A stretch of DNA of 64,000 nucleotides from Candidatus Thorarchaeota archaeon (lineage in GTDB: Archaea; Asgardarchaeota; Thorarchaeia; Thorarchaeales; Thorarchaeaceae). Made by a program: the position numbers and the translations under genes. The first letter of the stretch is position 1. The number at the start of each line of letters is the position of its first letter. The notes under the pieces were generated by a model. That model made no database searches and was not told the DNA's origin. It saw nothing but the letters and a program-made list of their open reading frames with translations. Positions 30,921 through 40,596 of this stretch are shown here, piece after piece. The DNA is taken from NCBI GenBank assembly GCA_046482545.1, contig JAWOEX010000010.1, positions 160,001 through 224,000 on the forward strand, in the 5' to 3' direction.

Positions 30921-30979
30921 GGTAACAGGAAATCTTACACTTCTATGCGCCGATTTATTTAGGATTCTGTAAGATTTCC
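30921..30979 (-). repeat. Element end motif GGAAATCTTACA-N28-TGTAAGATTTCC (copy D)
   Basis: Perfect 12-bp inverted repeat with a 28-bp spacer; homologous to 21898-21945 and 21831-21878. Confidence 0.8.
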
Positions 30980-30981
30980 AC

Positions 30982-32250
30982 CTATCCAGAAATATGAGTA
31001 AGCTTCTCTCGCCATTCCCTGATCTCGCTATTCAGCCGAGCGATGTCATTCTCATTAAGAGTGGCTGTAGGGGGATACGATTTGAGCTCATTGGCTCGTT
31101 TGCCCAGTTTAAAAAGAATCGGAGTGTGAGTGTCGATAATGGTGGTGAGTTGATCTCTCACAGATTCTATTGCCACAGCCATTTCGTTGGCCTCGACATC
31201 AGCATCTACCATATCGAGCAGGTATTGCATCAGCGAATCAAGATCCTCTGGCATATCACTCTTGGGTGCAGCAGTTGTCTCTTCTTCAGTCTCCTTTTCA
31301 GAAATGGCTCTCGGTTTCATCTCTTGTCGTGTAATCGAGGTGCCCAGTTTATCGGTTGTTTCTTCAACCAGAGTAATGGCATTATCAACCTTCTCTAGGG
31401 TTTTATTGTATTTACGCTCAATATCATCCAGCTGTCTAACAATGATGCCGACAATTTCTTTTGTCTCAACAATAGAGGAATTCAGATCATGAAAGCGATC
31501 CTCGAGGGCCGATAGGTCCGCTATGTAGGTTTCAATGCTGTCAATCTTCTTCTGAATTACGTCAGATTCACTAGAATCCTTAATCTTGTTCATTGTATTA
31601 CCTAGACCGACAACTGAACCAAGAATATCCTCTATCTTCTGCCCGAAATCCTCCCTCCCGTCTTCAAGTCTTGAATCGATGGATTCCAGCTTGTCTACAA
31701 CATCCTCATCACTGGTTAGTTCTGAGAGCTGGTCTTGCAGGTCGCCAAACTTCTTGTCGGACACATTCTTTGAAGAATCGATTTCATCTTTGACATCTGT
31801 TAGCGAAAGCAGAATCTCATCAAGCTTCTTGAAAATGACTTCGGTCTCTTTCGATTCGTTCATTTCAGTAAGAAGCTCGTTCATCTTGCCAATTGTTTCA
31901 TTTGTTTCATCAAGTGTGGAAAGAGAGGAAAGATCCCCCCTTATGTCATCCATCTTTGAATTCAGAGAGTCGTGATGTTTTTCGAAATAGTCATTTATCT
32001 CATCCAGCTTCTTATGAAATGTAATTTCTTGCGAATCTACCTTCTTGGAAATATCAGGAATCTGTTCTACTTCACTGACTTGTTTTTCTATAGCAATGAG
32101 CTGCTCACTGAAGGCTTCAATATCCTCCAGCTTGGGCGTGGAGACGGAAAGCTGATTAATCTCATCACGAAGAGCGGCAACTTCGCTAAGAAGTTTGTCG
32201 AGACTCTTTTCCATTTTCTTGACACTTTCTTTGTCCTCTTTGGCGGGCAA
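30982..32250 (-). CDS. Coiled-coil protein with a small C-terminal helical domain
   Basis: Heptad-rich; internal repeat ESKETEVIFKKLD / DSSESDVIQKKID. Confidence 0.8.
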   Translation of the reverse strand: MPAKEDKESVKKMEKSLDKLLSEVAALRDEINQLSVSTPKLEDIEAFSEQLIAIEKQVSEVEQIPDISKKVDSQEITFHKKLDEINDYFEKHHDSLNSKMDDIRGDLSSLSTLDETNETIGKMNELLTEMNESKETEVIFKKLDEILLSLTDVKDEIDSSKNVSDKKFGDLQDQLSELTSDEDVVDKLESIDSRLEDGREDFGQKIEDILGSVVGLGNTMNKIKDSSESDVIQKKIDSIETYIADLSALEDRFHDLNSSIVETKEIVGIIVRQLDDIERKYNKTLEKVDNAITLVEETTDKLGTSITRQEMKPRAISEKETEEETTAAPKSDMPEDLDSLMQYLLDMVDADVEANEMAVAIESVRDQLTTIIDTHTPILFKLGKRANELKSYPPTATLNENDIARLNSEIREWREKLTHISG

Positions 32251-32366
32251 TTCAGTCCCCTACCTGGCACTTTCTGTTTGTTTCATTTCTATACTCAGTA
32301 TTTAGCCTTTCGGAACAATGGAGGTTTAGCTCTTGGTGGTCATTCTAGGTATTATTAGACTATCAA

Positions 32367-33191
32367 TCAGAAATCTCGGGCTCTTAGAAGTTCGATTCCC
32401 CGCTCTTCTAATATCGGCAGTAGATAATCTCGCTGGGTCGAATTCGTCCCTTTCCAATCGATAATCGCAGCCTTCACATGCTCTGTAGAACGCTCAGCCA
32501 TGAGGTCGATGACCTCGGGCGTCAGTCCGCTCAAAGCGTACTTGGGAGCTATGTGACCCATCGCAATATCCTCGGTCAATTCGAGTTTATTGAAGATACT
32601 TGCATAATGCGTACCACCGAAGCCAATGTAAGCACTATTCCCAATCGGTTCTTCAGCACATTTCATAACCGCTGCAGTTACAGCTTTCGCTCCACCTTCA
32701 TGACGCCAATACTCTTCATCGCTCCCAAGCTCAACAAAGAGCATAGGAACATCCATCTCTGTTGGCCCGTGATGTGTCACTTCGAGGGACACATCGAACT
32801 CGTCAAGACCCTTGGAATTACGCTGACTGTAAAGCTCCTTGAATGCAGTCCTAACGAGCGTAGCAGTAGAAACAGAGAGTCGATAAGGTTCTCCCCCGTA
32901 TTTTGCCTCTGGACCAAGATTACCAGTGCTATGAACTAGAAGAGAGGGTCTGCCCGATTTGGATTGATGGCGAGAACAGAAAATGAACACTTCCACATCA
33001 AAATGTTCTTCGAGATGATTCGTATAAATCAAGTCTCTCTCAGTCGTAATGAGTTTAAGTTGGTCATCCAAGGCGAAAACGGGATGGCCTTCGAAATCCT
33101 CTCCTGTCTTATCGAAGCCATAATCACTGAGAAGCACATCTTTGATGGTTTGAGATGCTATATCTTTCTCGGAGGTTACTAGAAGCCTCAA
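32367..33191 (-). CDS. dtdA: D-aminoacyl-tRNA deacylase (archaeal DTD2/GEK1)
   Basis: SRH, VHSTGN, EVTHHGPT, FVELGS, GFGGTHY. Confidence 0.93.
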   Translation of the reverse strand: MRLLVTSEKDIASQTIKDVLLSDYGFDKTGEDFEGHPVFALDDQLKLITTERDLIYTNHLEEHFDVEVFIFCSRHQSKSGRPSLLVHSTGNLGPEAKYGGEPYRLSVSTATLVRTAFKELYSQRNSKGLDEFDVSLEVTHHGPTEMDVPMLFVELGSDEEYWRHEGGAKAVTAAVMKCAEEPIGNSAYIGFGGTHYASIFNKLELTEDIAMGHIAPKYALSGLTPEVIDLMAERSTEHVKAAIIDWKGTNSTQRDYLLPILEERGIELLRARDF

Positions 33192-34429
33192 TCGGCATCA
33201 ACCCTGCATAGCTTTAGCAATGGTTCTAGTGTTGTTCCGACTTTGATTTCGACTTTCTCGCCAAAAGCTTTCCGGAGATCCTTCTCAATTCTAATTTTGT
33301 AGAGTTTGACCTTCTTGAGTTGTTTGATGATATCATCGCGCACCCGCAGCAAATCATTCTTGTGGTATTCCAAATTCTTCTTTGCTTCCTCGAGCTGTTC
33401 CTTCAGTTCGTCTCTACGAGCGTATACGTCTGAATCAGCGTATTCTCGCCGCTTTCGTTCAATTTCTTTTGCTTGTTCCTGAAACTCAAGAAGAGCACCA
33501 CCCTCGATTTTCTCTGCTTCCTCAACAGCCCGACGCATTAGCCGGTCTTTCAGAGGAAAGGCCTCTTTCTCAACCGCTGCTTTCAAGCCCTTCAAACCGG
33601 AGATGAGATGTGGGTATCCGTCGGGATCATTGACAATAGCTTCGTATGGGTCCTCGAAATAGTCATTGAGGGCTCTTTGGCCTTGAGGGGGAACTCGGAC
33701 CCCAGTATCATGTTGTAGAAACTTCTTCACAGGCTTCTTCAGGGTGTTGAGCTGCATTCTCAAGACTGTTGCTAGGTGTTGAGCATCGTCATCAAGGGTT
33801 AGTAGGTCTGCCACATTAGAACTTTCCTTAAATTCGTTGAACTCCTTCTCAGCATCTTCGTATTCTTCAGCCGCGGTTTTAATCTTGCTTCGCTTTAGAC
33901 GAATCTCCTTCTCAAACTTCTCACGGCTGTGGGATAAATCACGCAACGTACTAATGCGGTCACCGATTCGTTCAACGGCTCGCACCCACTTGTATTCGTA
34001 TAGCAACTTGCCTATCTTCTTGACTTCAACGGAGAGCTCTTTCATCATTCTATCTAGCTGCTTGATGATACCCTTGTAGCTTGTATCCATACGTTTAATC
34101 CATCTTGCTCCTGCGCCCCAGATGTCTTCGATTAGGTGGCGAATCTCTTCCTGCATCTCCTCAGTGCTTTCGTGTGTTATCTCCTCTTCGACATCAAAGT
34201 CAGCCACAACATCGTCTATTTTTCGAGCGAATCTGGTGGCTATAGCAGTGGATTCTTCATCATCATCTTCGCTCTCTTCCAGCAATTCTTCGGCAAGTAG
34301 TTCCATGTCTTTCAGGGTTCGGTCGACAGACTCGTAGCTCTTCTTGGCCTCTTCGCGGAAATCACTGGATTTCTCTGCAAGTTGTTCCCGATACCAATCA
34401 TCGAGCTCCCCTAAATCAAGTTTCTTCAT
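33188..34429 (-). CDS. Coiled-coil hypothetical protein
   Basis: Long charged helical ORF overlapping the dtdA start. Confidence 0.8.
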   Translation of the reverse strand: MKKLDLGELDDWYREQLAEKSSDFREEAKKSYESVDRTLKDMELLAEELLEESEDDDEESTAIATRFARKIDDVVADFDVEEEITHESTEEMQEEIRHLIEDIWGAGARWIKRMDTSYKGIIKQLDRMMKELSVEVKKIGKLLYEYKWVRAVERIGDRISTLRDLSHSREKFEKEIRLKRSKIKTAAEEYEDAEKEFNEFKESSNVADLLTLDDDAQHLATVLRMQLNTLKKPVKKFLQHDTGVRVPPQGQRALNDYFEDPYEAIVNDPDGYPHLISGLKGLKAAVEKEAFPLKDRLMRRAVEEAEKIEGGALLEFQEQAKEIERKRREYADSDVYARRDELKEQLEEAKKNLEYHKNDLLRVRDDIIKQLKKVKLYKIRIEKDLRKAFGEKVEIKVGTTLEPLLKLCRVDAD

Positions 34430-34599
34430 GCAGCTTACACCTAATCGAGTTAAGGGCCTTTGTGAAGTTTATCAACTTTGTGAAGGGCCAACGATTGTTG
34501 CAGATTCATGTGCCTTACATAGGGCAATATGAAGGGGATTAGTAACATAGACTTATATCGGCTCTCAGACAGCCGGTCTCAATGAATTAGTGATTAATC

Positions 34600-35406
34600 A
34601 TGTCTGAAACTCTGAAAACAGGAAATAAAGTCCCGCGACTGGACGTGGTCTACCGCGTCGAGTGCTCGTCATGAGGCAAAGGTCGCAGGGGGTTCTACGT
34701 TAAAGAGCTCAGCTTAGTAGATTCAGATGGGTCAGAGAATCAGCTACTACGGAATCCTGCTGGATACAAGAGCGGATTTTGGACTTCATTCATAGTGGGT
34801 GATACAACATCCATGACAGAATCGACAGAGGAGATGGATGTCTTCAAAATCGAGAAGATAGATGAAAAGGAAGGGTCAGTCAGAGTGCATCTGAAATATA
34901 CATCCGATGAAATGGAGGACCTTCACCTTGACTTCGAAGTGGATCTCTGGACCTTTGAAAAGACATTCATGCTCATGAGGTATACTACAACAAATAGGAG
35001 CTCTAAGACGCTGGAGGACTTCAAAATCTATTACTTCATGGATTTTGATGTAGGAGGACCAAAGAGCTACAAAGATGATATGGGCAAGTATGACGCAGAG
35101 AAGCAAGTGATGCATCTCTGGGATGAAAACCCTTTGCATGTAACTCTTAGCTCTTCCAGTGACCTGGATGGATGGGAAATTTCTTCGCCGACTAGGCTCA
35201 AGATACAAGAAGATAATCGAGACCTGAAGAAGAATACGACGCTCGGTCCCCGAGACATAGCAGGAGCTCTCCAATGGAATTTGGGTAGTTTAGAGACGAA
35301 TGAGAAACAATCTGTAGAAGCCCTTGTGACAGCAGCAAAGACCAAGGAAGAAGCCTTCAAGCGGATTTCTGAAGGATGGGACTGGATAAACCGGAACCTA
35401 CGATGA
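34600..35406 (+). CDS. Candidate novel selenoprotein (268 aa, CxxU at residues 22-25)
   Basis: ATG 34600 after GTGAT; MSETLKTGNKVPRLDVVYRVECSS[TGA 34672-34674]GKGRRGFYVKEL... continues in frame into ORF 34795-35406; SECIS follows. Confidence 0.85.
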
Positions 35407-35440
35407 CGCCGGTATGTAAAGCCTAGCAGTACCGGTGGAG
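35403..35440 (+). promoter_or_regulatory. Eukaryote-type SECIS element
   Basis: ATGA-CGCCGGTATGT-AAAGCCTA-GCAGTACCGGTG-GA-G: ATGA-N11-AA-N18-GA with a paired stem. Confidence 0.85.
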
Positions 35441-35512
35441 TACGGAGTTGCCCTCCGTTGTGTTCTGATTTGAAATAAAAAAGAGCAGAAGGGGTTAGGC
35501 CCCCTGTCTGCC

Positions 35513-35950
35513 TTAGTCTAAATGCTCAGCCAGCAACTTTGCGCTACCTGTAAGTCGGGCCGAAAGGCCCTTGTGCTCTGAGTTGCCGCCTTCTAGCAAG
35601 CCCATATCCATCAACGACCGAAGATTCCACTTGGCAGTCGAATATGGTACTTCTGTCTGTTCCGATAATAAATCAGCGAGACCAGTTACTGTTAGGTCAT
35701 GGTATCTCAATAAATCCGCACTCTTCTGGAGTACGTATTTCTGAGTGGCAGATAACCTCGCCTCTGCCAAATCACGGAATGCTTGTACCAAGCTGCGAAA
35801 AGTAGGCCTGTCGCTTTCCCTATGTTGAGGACAGGCTTCACAAGTGGTTGCGCAGCTGGAGAATGCACTCTCCTCGCGACTCGATTTCGTAGTCACCTTC
35901 TGCTGCGCCGACCTGACGCTGATGGGCAGGCAATGTAGACGTAGATTCAC
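35513..35950 (-). CDS. Small winged-helix protein (start uncertain)
   Basis: TVTGLADLLS...VPYSTAKWNLRSLMDMGLL. Confidence 0.7.
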   Translation of the reverse strand: MNLRLHCLPISVRSAQQKVTTKSSREESAFSSCATTCEACPQHRESDRPTFRSLVQAFRDLAEARLSATQKYVLQKSADLLRYHDLTVTGLADLLSEQTEVPYSTAKWNLRSLMDMGLLEGGNSEHKGLSARLTGSAKLLAEHLD

Positions 35951-36111
35951 TACCCATTTCGATTTGTCACCTCATGTTTCTATTAGATTAAGTCTCAATA
36001 GAATCTATCCGGTTATAAACTTAATCAGGGCGCGAATAAAGGAAAGTCCGTAGGATCAGTGACACAAAAAATATGGGCTCTGATAGCCGCCTTCGAGACC
36101 ATATCAGCTAA

Positions 36112-36606
36112 TCATCGCATCTCTTCGGGTATATGCCGACCCTGTTCACGTAACTTCCCAAATCCCTCGCTGTAGAGGCTCATGTGATGGCGTATATCTT
36201 CTTCAATCTCTGCAAGCTTTTCAAGGTGTATCTGAACCACCTCCAGACCCTCTTCATCATAATCGTCTATCATATGTGTGAAAACATCGCTCATTTGAAG
36301 CATGGATTCCTCAAGGCGAATACTCAGGTCAATCATTGATTGGACGGTGTGAATAGATTCCTCTTCAGATAACTGAGCCATAAAGTCCTCAAGCGCTATC
36401 CGGGCTTGTCGAGCACTATCGATTCTACCTGGTATAACCTCATTGCGCATGGTATGCATCCACCCCAAACGCTCACTGTGGGTAAGAGTCCGTAGCTCTT
36501 TGATTGAGAAATAGGTGGTCCATGGAGCGAACTCGGAACTCTCGTACTCTATCCAGTCTTCGAAAGCATCGATAACTAGTGCCCAACCATCTTCGGAAGC
36601 TGACAT
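36112..36606 (-). CDS. Hypothetical acidic helical protein
   Basis: Start moved to MSASEDGW to avoid overlap with the divergent gene. Confidence 0.75.
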   Translation of the reverse strand: MSASEDGWALVIDAFEDWIEYESSEFAPWTTYFSIKELRTLTHSERLGWMHTMRNEVIPGRIDSARQARIALEDFMAQLSEEESIHTVQSMIDLSIRLEESMLQMSDVFTHMIDDYDEEGLEVVQIHLEKLAEIEEDIRHHMSLYSEGFGKLREQGRHIPEEMR

Positions 36607-36670
36607 ATCACATCTGATACTTGGTGAACATCCAAGGTTATAAAACTGAACCCAAATCTTTGCCATACCA

Positions 36671-37360
36671 ATGAACCAGCAATCCACTGACATAATGCTT
36701 GACATTCTGGAGAAATGCAAGGAAGATGACCGCATTCCCAATCCAGAGGAGAATCATACTCGCTTTCTGATGGCAAATGGTATGGGTCAGAGAGAAGGAG
36801 AGGAATGGAAAATATCCAGAGAAGAGAGAATAGACATCGCAATGGCCTTGATGGCAGAGGGTGTTGACGCAGAGAAAGTTGTCCAGCACATGACTTGGAA
36901 AGACTTCGAAGGGCTTGTGGCTGGAATCCTTGAGCGGAATGGTTATCGGTGTACCGAAAGTTTCCGGCACGTTGGCAATGAAGATGTCAACGGCATGGAA
37001 ATTGATGTCATCGGAGTCAAGGGAAGAACAATCCTTTCCGTGGATGCTAAGATGTGGGGAATTCGAAAGGGGAAGGCTTCCGCCCTCAAATCGGCAGCGG
37101 AAAACCAGTTCAAACGAACTAAGCGTCTGAGAAATCAACTTGATGTTGTTTCTGAGAAAGTCGGAGGGTTGAAGTCAGGGAACTATGAGTTAACACCTGT
37201 ACTAGTGACATGGTTCGTAGAGGAGATTCGGTTCCATGAAGGTATACCGATGGTTCCTGTGTTCAAGCTCAACTCTTTCGTGTTGGAATTGGACAGATAT
37301 CACAGCCTTATCAAGCACATGGAGTCATCCTTTGCTGGTGATCAGCAGACACTCCAATGA
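36671..37360 (+). CDS. PD-(D/E)XK restriction-endonuclease-like (Mrr-cat/NERD-like) protein
   Basis: WKDFEGLVAGILERNGY, EIDVIG, VDAKMW. Confidence 0.8.
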   Translation: MNQQSTDIMLDILEKCKEDDRIPNPEENHTRFLMANGMGQREGEEWKISREERIDIAMALMAEGVDAEKVVQHMTWKDFEGLVAGILERNGYRCTESFRHVGNEDVNGMEIDVIGVKGRTILSVDAKMWGIRKGKASALKSAAENQFKRTKRLRNQLDVVSEKVGGLKSGNYELTPVLVTWFVEEIRFHEGIPMVPVFKLNSFVLELDRYHSLIKHMESSFAGDQQTLQ

Positions 37361-37486
37361 TTCAGGGGAAAATAGCGGGCATAATCAATTACCCGGGCGG
37401 TTCTACTGCTAGCAGTGAGCTTCACCTTTTTATGGTGACATGTTCCCCCATCAGATAGTACTAACGGAAGAAATGAGGTAAAGCCA

Positions 37487-38383
37487 ATGGCGAGAAAGAA
37501 GTTCGGCCTAGTCTATCACGAGAACGTGAATAACTGGGCTACACGAAGTCTGAAAGAGAAGATAGAAGAGAAGGGACATGAAGCAAAGCCATTTCGACTA
37601 ACCGATGTTGCGGCGCAGGTACCCAATCGATTCACCTACTTAGACGAGGAAGACATCTCCGATATGGATGGAATCGTGCTTAGAACTGTCGGCTTTGGTA
37701 CAGGCGACCAAATCACCTTCCGAATCAGCCTCTTAGAACACTTTGAGGATGCTGGCATCTATGTGATGAATCCAGCGTACGCGTTCCGCCGAGCCAAGGA
37801 TAAATATGCTACGTTGACAGCTCTCCACAAGGCCGAGGTACCTGTTCCACGAACGTATATCGGAGAGAATCTGGAAGCAGCTATCGATTTTGCTGAAGAA
37901 GTTGGCGACGTAATCATCAAGCCACTTATTGGAGCCCGAGGCTTGGGGGCAATCAGATCAGAGAATACTGCATTGGCATACCGTGCGATGAAATTCGTTC
38001 ATCAACTTGGACAGGTTCTCTATGTACAGGAAACCATCCAGAAACCTGGTCGGGATATACGAGCCTTTGTCATAGGAGATGAAGTAGTAGGAGCTATGTA
38101 TCGCTACCTGCCGGAGAATAAGGAAGACGAGTGGAGAACTAATGTTCATACGGGGGGGAGAGCAGAGGAAACGGAGCTGAGTGAGGAATATGAAGAATGT
38201 GCAATCAATGCAGCTCATGTTTTGGGGCTCGACTACACAGGGGTGGACATCTTGGAATCTCCCGATGGACCCTATGTCATAGAAGCGAATGCTGCTCCGT
38301 CATGGAGTGCACTATCCAGAGTCACAGGATTGGATGTTGCAGATATGATAATCGACAAATTGATTGAGAAGGCGAGCAAGTAA
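37487..38383 (+). CDS. RimK-family ATP-grasp amino-acid ligase
   Basis: IIKPLIGARG, DIRAFVIG, WRTNVHTGG, GVDI, IEAN. Confidence 0.92.
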   Translation: MARKKFGLVYHENVNNWATRSLKEKIEEKGHEAKPFRLTDVAAQVPNRFTYLDEEDISDMDGIVLRTVGFGTGDQITFRISLLEHFEDAGIYVMNPAYAFRRAKDKYATLTALHKAEVPVPRTYIGENLEAAIDFAEEVGDVIIKPLIGARGLGAIRSENTALAYRAMKFVHQLGQVLYVQETIQKPGRDIRAFVIGDEVVGAMYRYLPENKEDEWRTNVHTGGRAEETELSEEYEECAINAAHVLGLDYTGVDILESPDGPYVIEANAAPSWSALSRVTGLDVADMIIDKLIEKASK

Positions 38384-38570
38384 TTCGGTTTTAATCAAGT
38401 GTAGTTTAACCCTCGTGACGCAATCACCAATTGCTGGACTGTGAATATTCCAGCGGAAATATGTATCTTTAAAAATCACTTTCATTGCCTAGAAATCCCG
38501 CTGCGAGTACGCCGAAGCATAGCAAGTCCAACAATCACATCGATTAGTACGACCAATCTGAGGACTTTCC

Positions 38571-38909
38571 ATGACCAAACATGCGGCAACACGGCATCAT
38601 GAGAACTGTGCAACCTGTGACCAAAGCTATTGTATTAGATTTTACAAAAGCGAAAAATGCCCCTTTTGTGATATGGCTGAACAAATTCTCATCGAGAGTA
38701 TAGCGGACTATGGTATCATAAGAGAGCAAATCTTAGAAGTTGATCTGGACGAACACGTGAATGATGAGAAGTATGATTTTCCTGGTCTGCCGGCCATAGA
38801 AATCTGCGATTCATACATATTTGGTATCCCGCAGACAGATAATATCGACGATTTGGTAAGCCGCATGTTGCACAAAGTCTGTTTTGCGAAACCAAAAAAC
38901 CCGCGCTAA
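38571..38909 (+). CDS. Thioredoxin/glutaredoxin-like protein
   Basis: CPFC, GLPAIEI; extra N-terminal CATC. Confidence 0.75.
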   Translation: MTKHAATRHHENCATCDQSYCIRFYKSEKCPFCDMAEQILIESIADYGIIREQILEVDLDEHVNDEKYDFPGLPAIEICDSYIFGIPQTDNIDDLVSRMLHKVCFAKPKNPR

Positions 38910-39652
38910 TTCGCAGTCATTTTCGTAAGAATTTTCTCGATTTCATCTTCTTTGAGAAGCGTGAATTGTCGGTCATCCACATTGATACGACCAATATCGA
39001 TTGTTTCAGCCTTTTCTTTGGGGTCGATTTCTGCTTCTTCTCCTTCGGCTCTAAGTAGTCCTTCCAGAGCCAGTTCCTGGACAGCATCCAAGTCCATATT
39101 TGGCTCGTACTGCTCATTGAAGAAATCGCGAATGACATCGGATTCCTTGCCTATAGCTGTTGCCTTCCAACCCCAGAAAGAACCTGAGGGGTCAGTTGTG
39201 TAAAGCTGTGGTCCATGAAAGTCAACTCCTCCAACTAGCAGAGAAACGCCAAATGGTCGAACGCCACCATACTGGGTATGCATTTGCTTAGTATCACAAA
39301 TATTAACGACCAAAGAGTGCACGGATATGGGTTCTTCATAGCTGAGGCGGTTCACTTGAGCTTGAACCCGGGCTTGGTCTATCAGTTTTCTAGCGTCAGC
39401 GTGTAACCCTGCTATTGCTGTTCCAACATGATCATCAATCAGCAATATCTTCTTCAAAGTCTTCAAATCAACGAGGCTATGCGGTAATCTTTTTTCACCC
39501 GCAAGTACTACACCGTCTTCTCCTTTTACACCGACGGCCAAAGGACCATGTCTGACGGCCTCAGTAGCGTACTCAACCTGATAGAGGCGGCCTTCTGGAC
39601 TGAAGACTGTTATTGCCCTGTCGTAACCCATACTTCCTTGCTGTGGGAACAT
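38906..39652 (-). CDS. psmA: Proteasome subunit alpha
   Basis: GYDRAITVFSPEGRLYQVEYA, GGVRPFGVSLL. Confidence 0.97.
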   Translation of the reverse strand: MFPQQGSMGYDRAITVFSPEGRLYQVEYATEAVRHGPLAVGVKGEDGVVLAGEKRLPHSLVDLKTLKKILLIDDHVGTAIAGLHADARKLIDQARVQAQVNRLSYEEPISVHSLVVNICDTKQMHTQYGGVRPFGVSLLVGGVDFHGPQLYTTDPSGSFWGWKATAIGKESDVIRDFFNEQYEPNMDLDAVQELALEGLLRAEGEEAEIDPKEKAETIDIGRINVDDRQFTLLKEDEIEKILTKMTAN

Positions 39653-39751
39653 GTTTTGATAACACTCCGAAATTGTAAGATACTAACCAGTAATTGTCTG
39701 GACAATTGGACGCATCAGGCTGGCAATATAGGTATTTCTATACGATAAACG

Positions 39752-40447
39752 TTATCTCCATTGGTACTTTAGCTCTATCCCACTGGGCATTTTATCCTCG
39801 ATACCGGCTAAGTCGTCCAAATCAGGCTCTTCCAGGCCTTCAGCTTCATCTTCACGTATACCTGCGGATGCAACGTAATTCTGTACCAGATAGTCTCCAG
39901 AGTATCCAAGAGCGTCAAGGGTCTCTCCAATGCAAACTAAATCGTCGGGAGTCATCAATCCACCGACGTATGTAGTACGCGGCCACAGCTCAACATCAGA
40001 ATCTAGAACAATTTTAATGCTCTCTGCAACCTTTGGCCACCAATCCGTCTTGGTTCTCGTTACAGCTTGGTATGTGTCTGGGGAACTTTTTACATCCAGC
40101 CAGACAGAATCCAAGCAGGATATGCACTCCTGAAGGGTTTTTGGAACAGAACCTTGCGTATTTAGATTAATGTGGCCACCAGGTCCTTCCTTTAGAGCCC
40201 TAGTCAAGTCAACAAGCCCTTTCTGAATTGTTGGTTCACCACCAGTAATGCAAAACCCGTCGATTAGATTCCCTTCTGTGGAAGATACAATCTCTTGCAC
40301 AGACATTTTCTTTCCAGAATCTAGCGGAAGAAGCTCAGCGTTATGGCAATAAGGGCAGTCGAAGTTACAGCCCGCTGTGAATATCACAGAGACAGGAATC
40401 TTTGGCACATCTACTAGGCTTAAGTCAAGAATAGAACCAATCCGCAT
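39752..40447 (-). CDS. Radical SAM glycyl-radical activase (NrdG-like)
   Basis: GCNFDCPYCHN, ITGGEPT. Confidence 0.85.
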   Translation of the reverse strand: MRIGSILDLSLVDVPKIPVSVIFTAGCNFDCPYCHNAELLPLDSGKKMSVQEIVSSTEGNLIDGFCITGGEPTIQKGLVDLTRALKEGPGGHINLNTQGSVPKTLQECISCLDSVWLDVKSSPDTYQAVTRTKTDWWPKVAESIKIVLDSDVELWPRTTYVGGLMTPDDLVCIGETLDALGYSGDYLVQNYVASAGIREDEAEGLEEPDLDDLAGIEDKMPSGIELKYQWR

Positions 40448-40596
40448 TGTAAGATTGCCTCATCTGGAGCAGACTATACCCAATTATATCTATGTTCATA
40501 ATGAAGAATGAAAACTGTGGGTAATTGGTGGAGAACTTTTTCTAGAACATTAATATATCATATTCAATCATCAGAGGGCATGGGGACACATTAGGA

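Noticed and set aside
38520-38573. In-frame TGA four codons upstream of the thioredoxin-like ORF as a possible second Sec site
   Set aside because: No start codon lies between it and an upstream TAG, there is no Cys context, and I see no SECIS-like element downstream.
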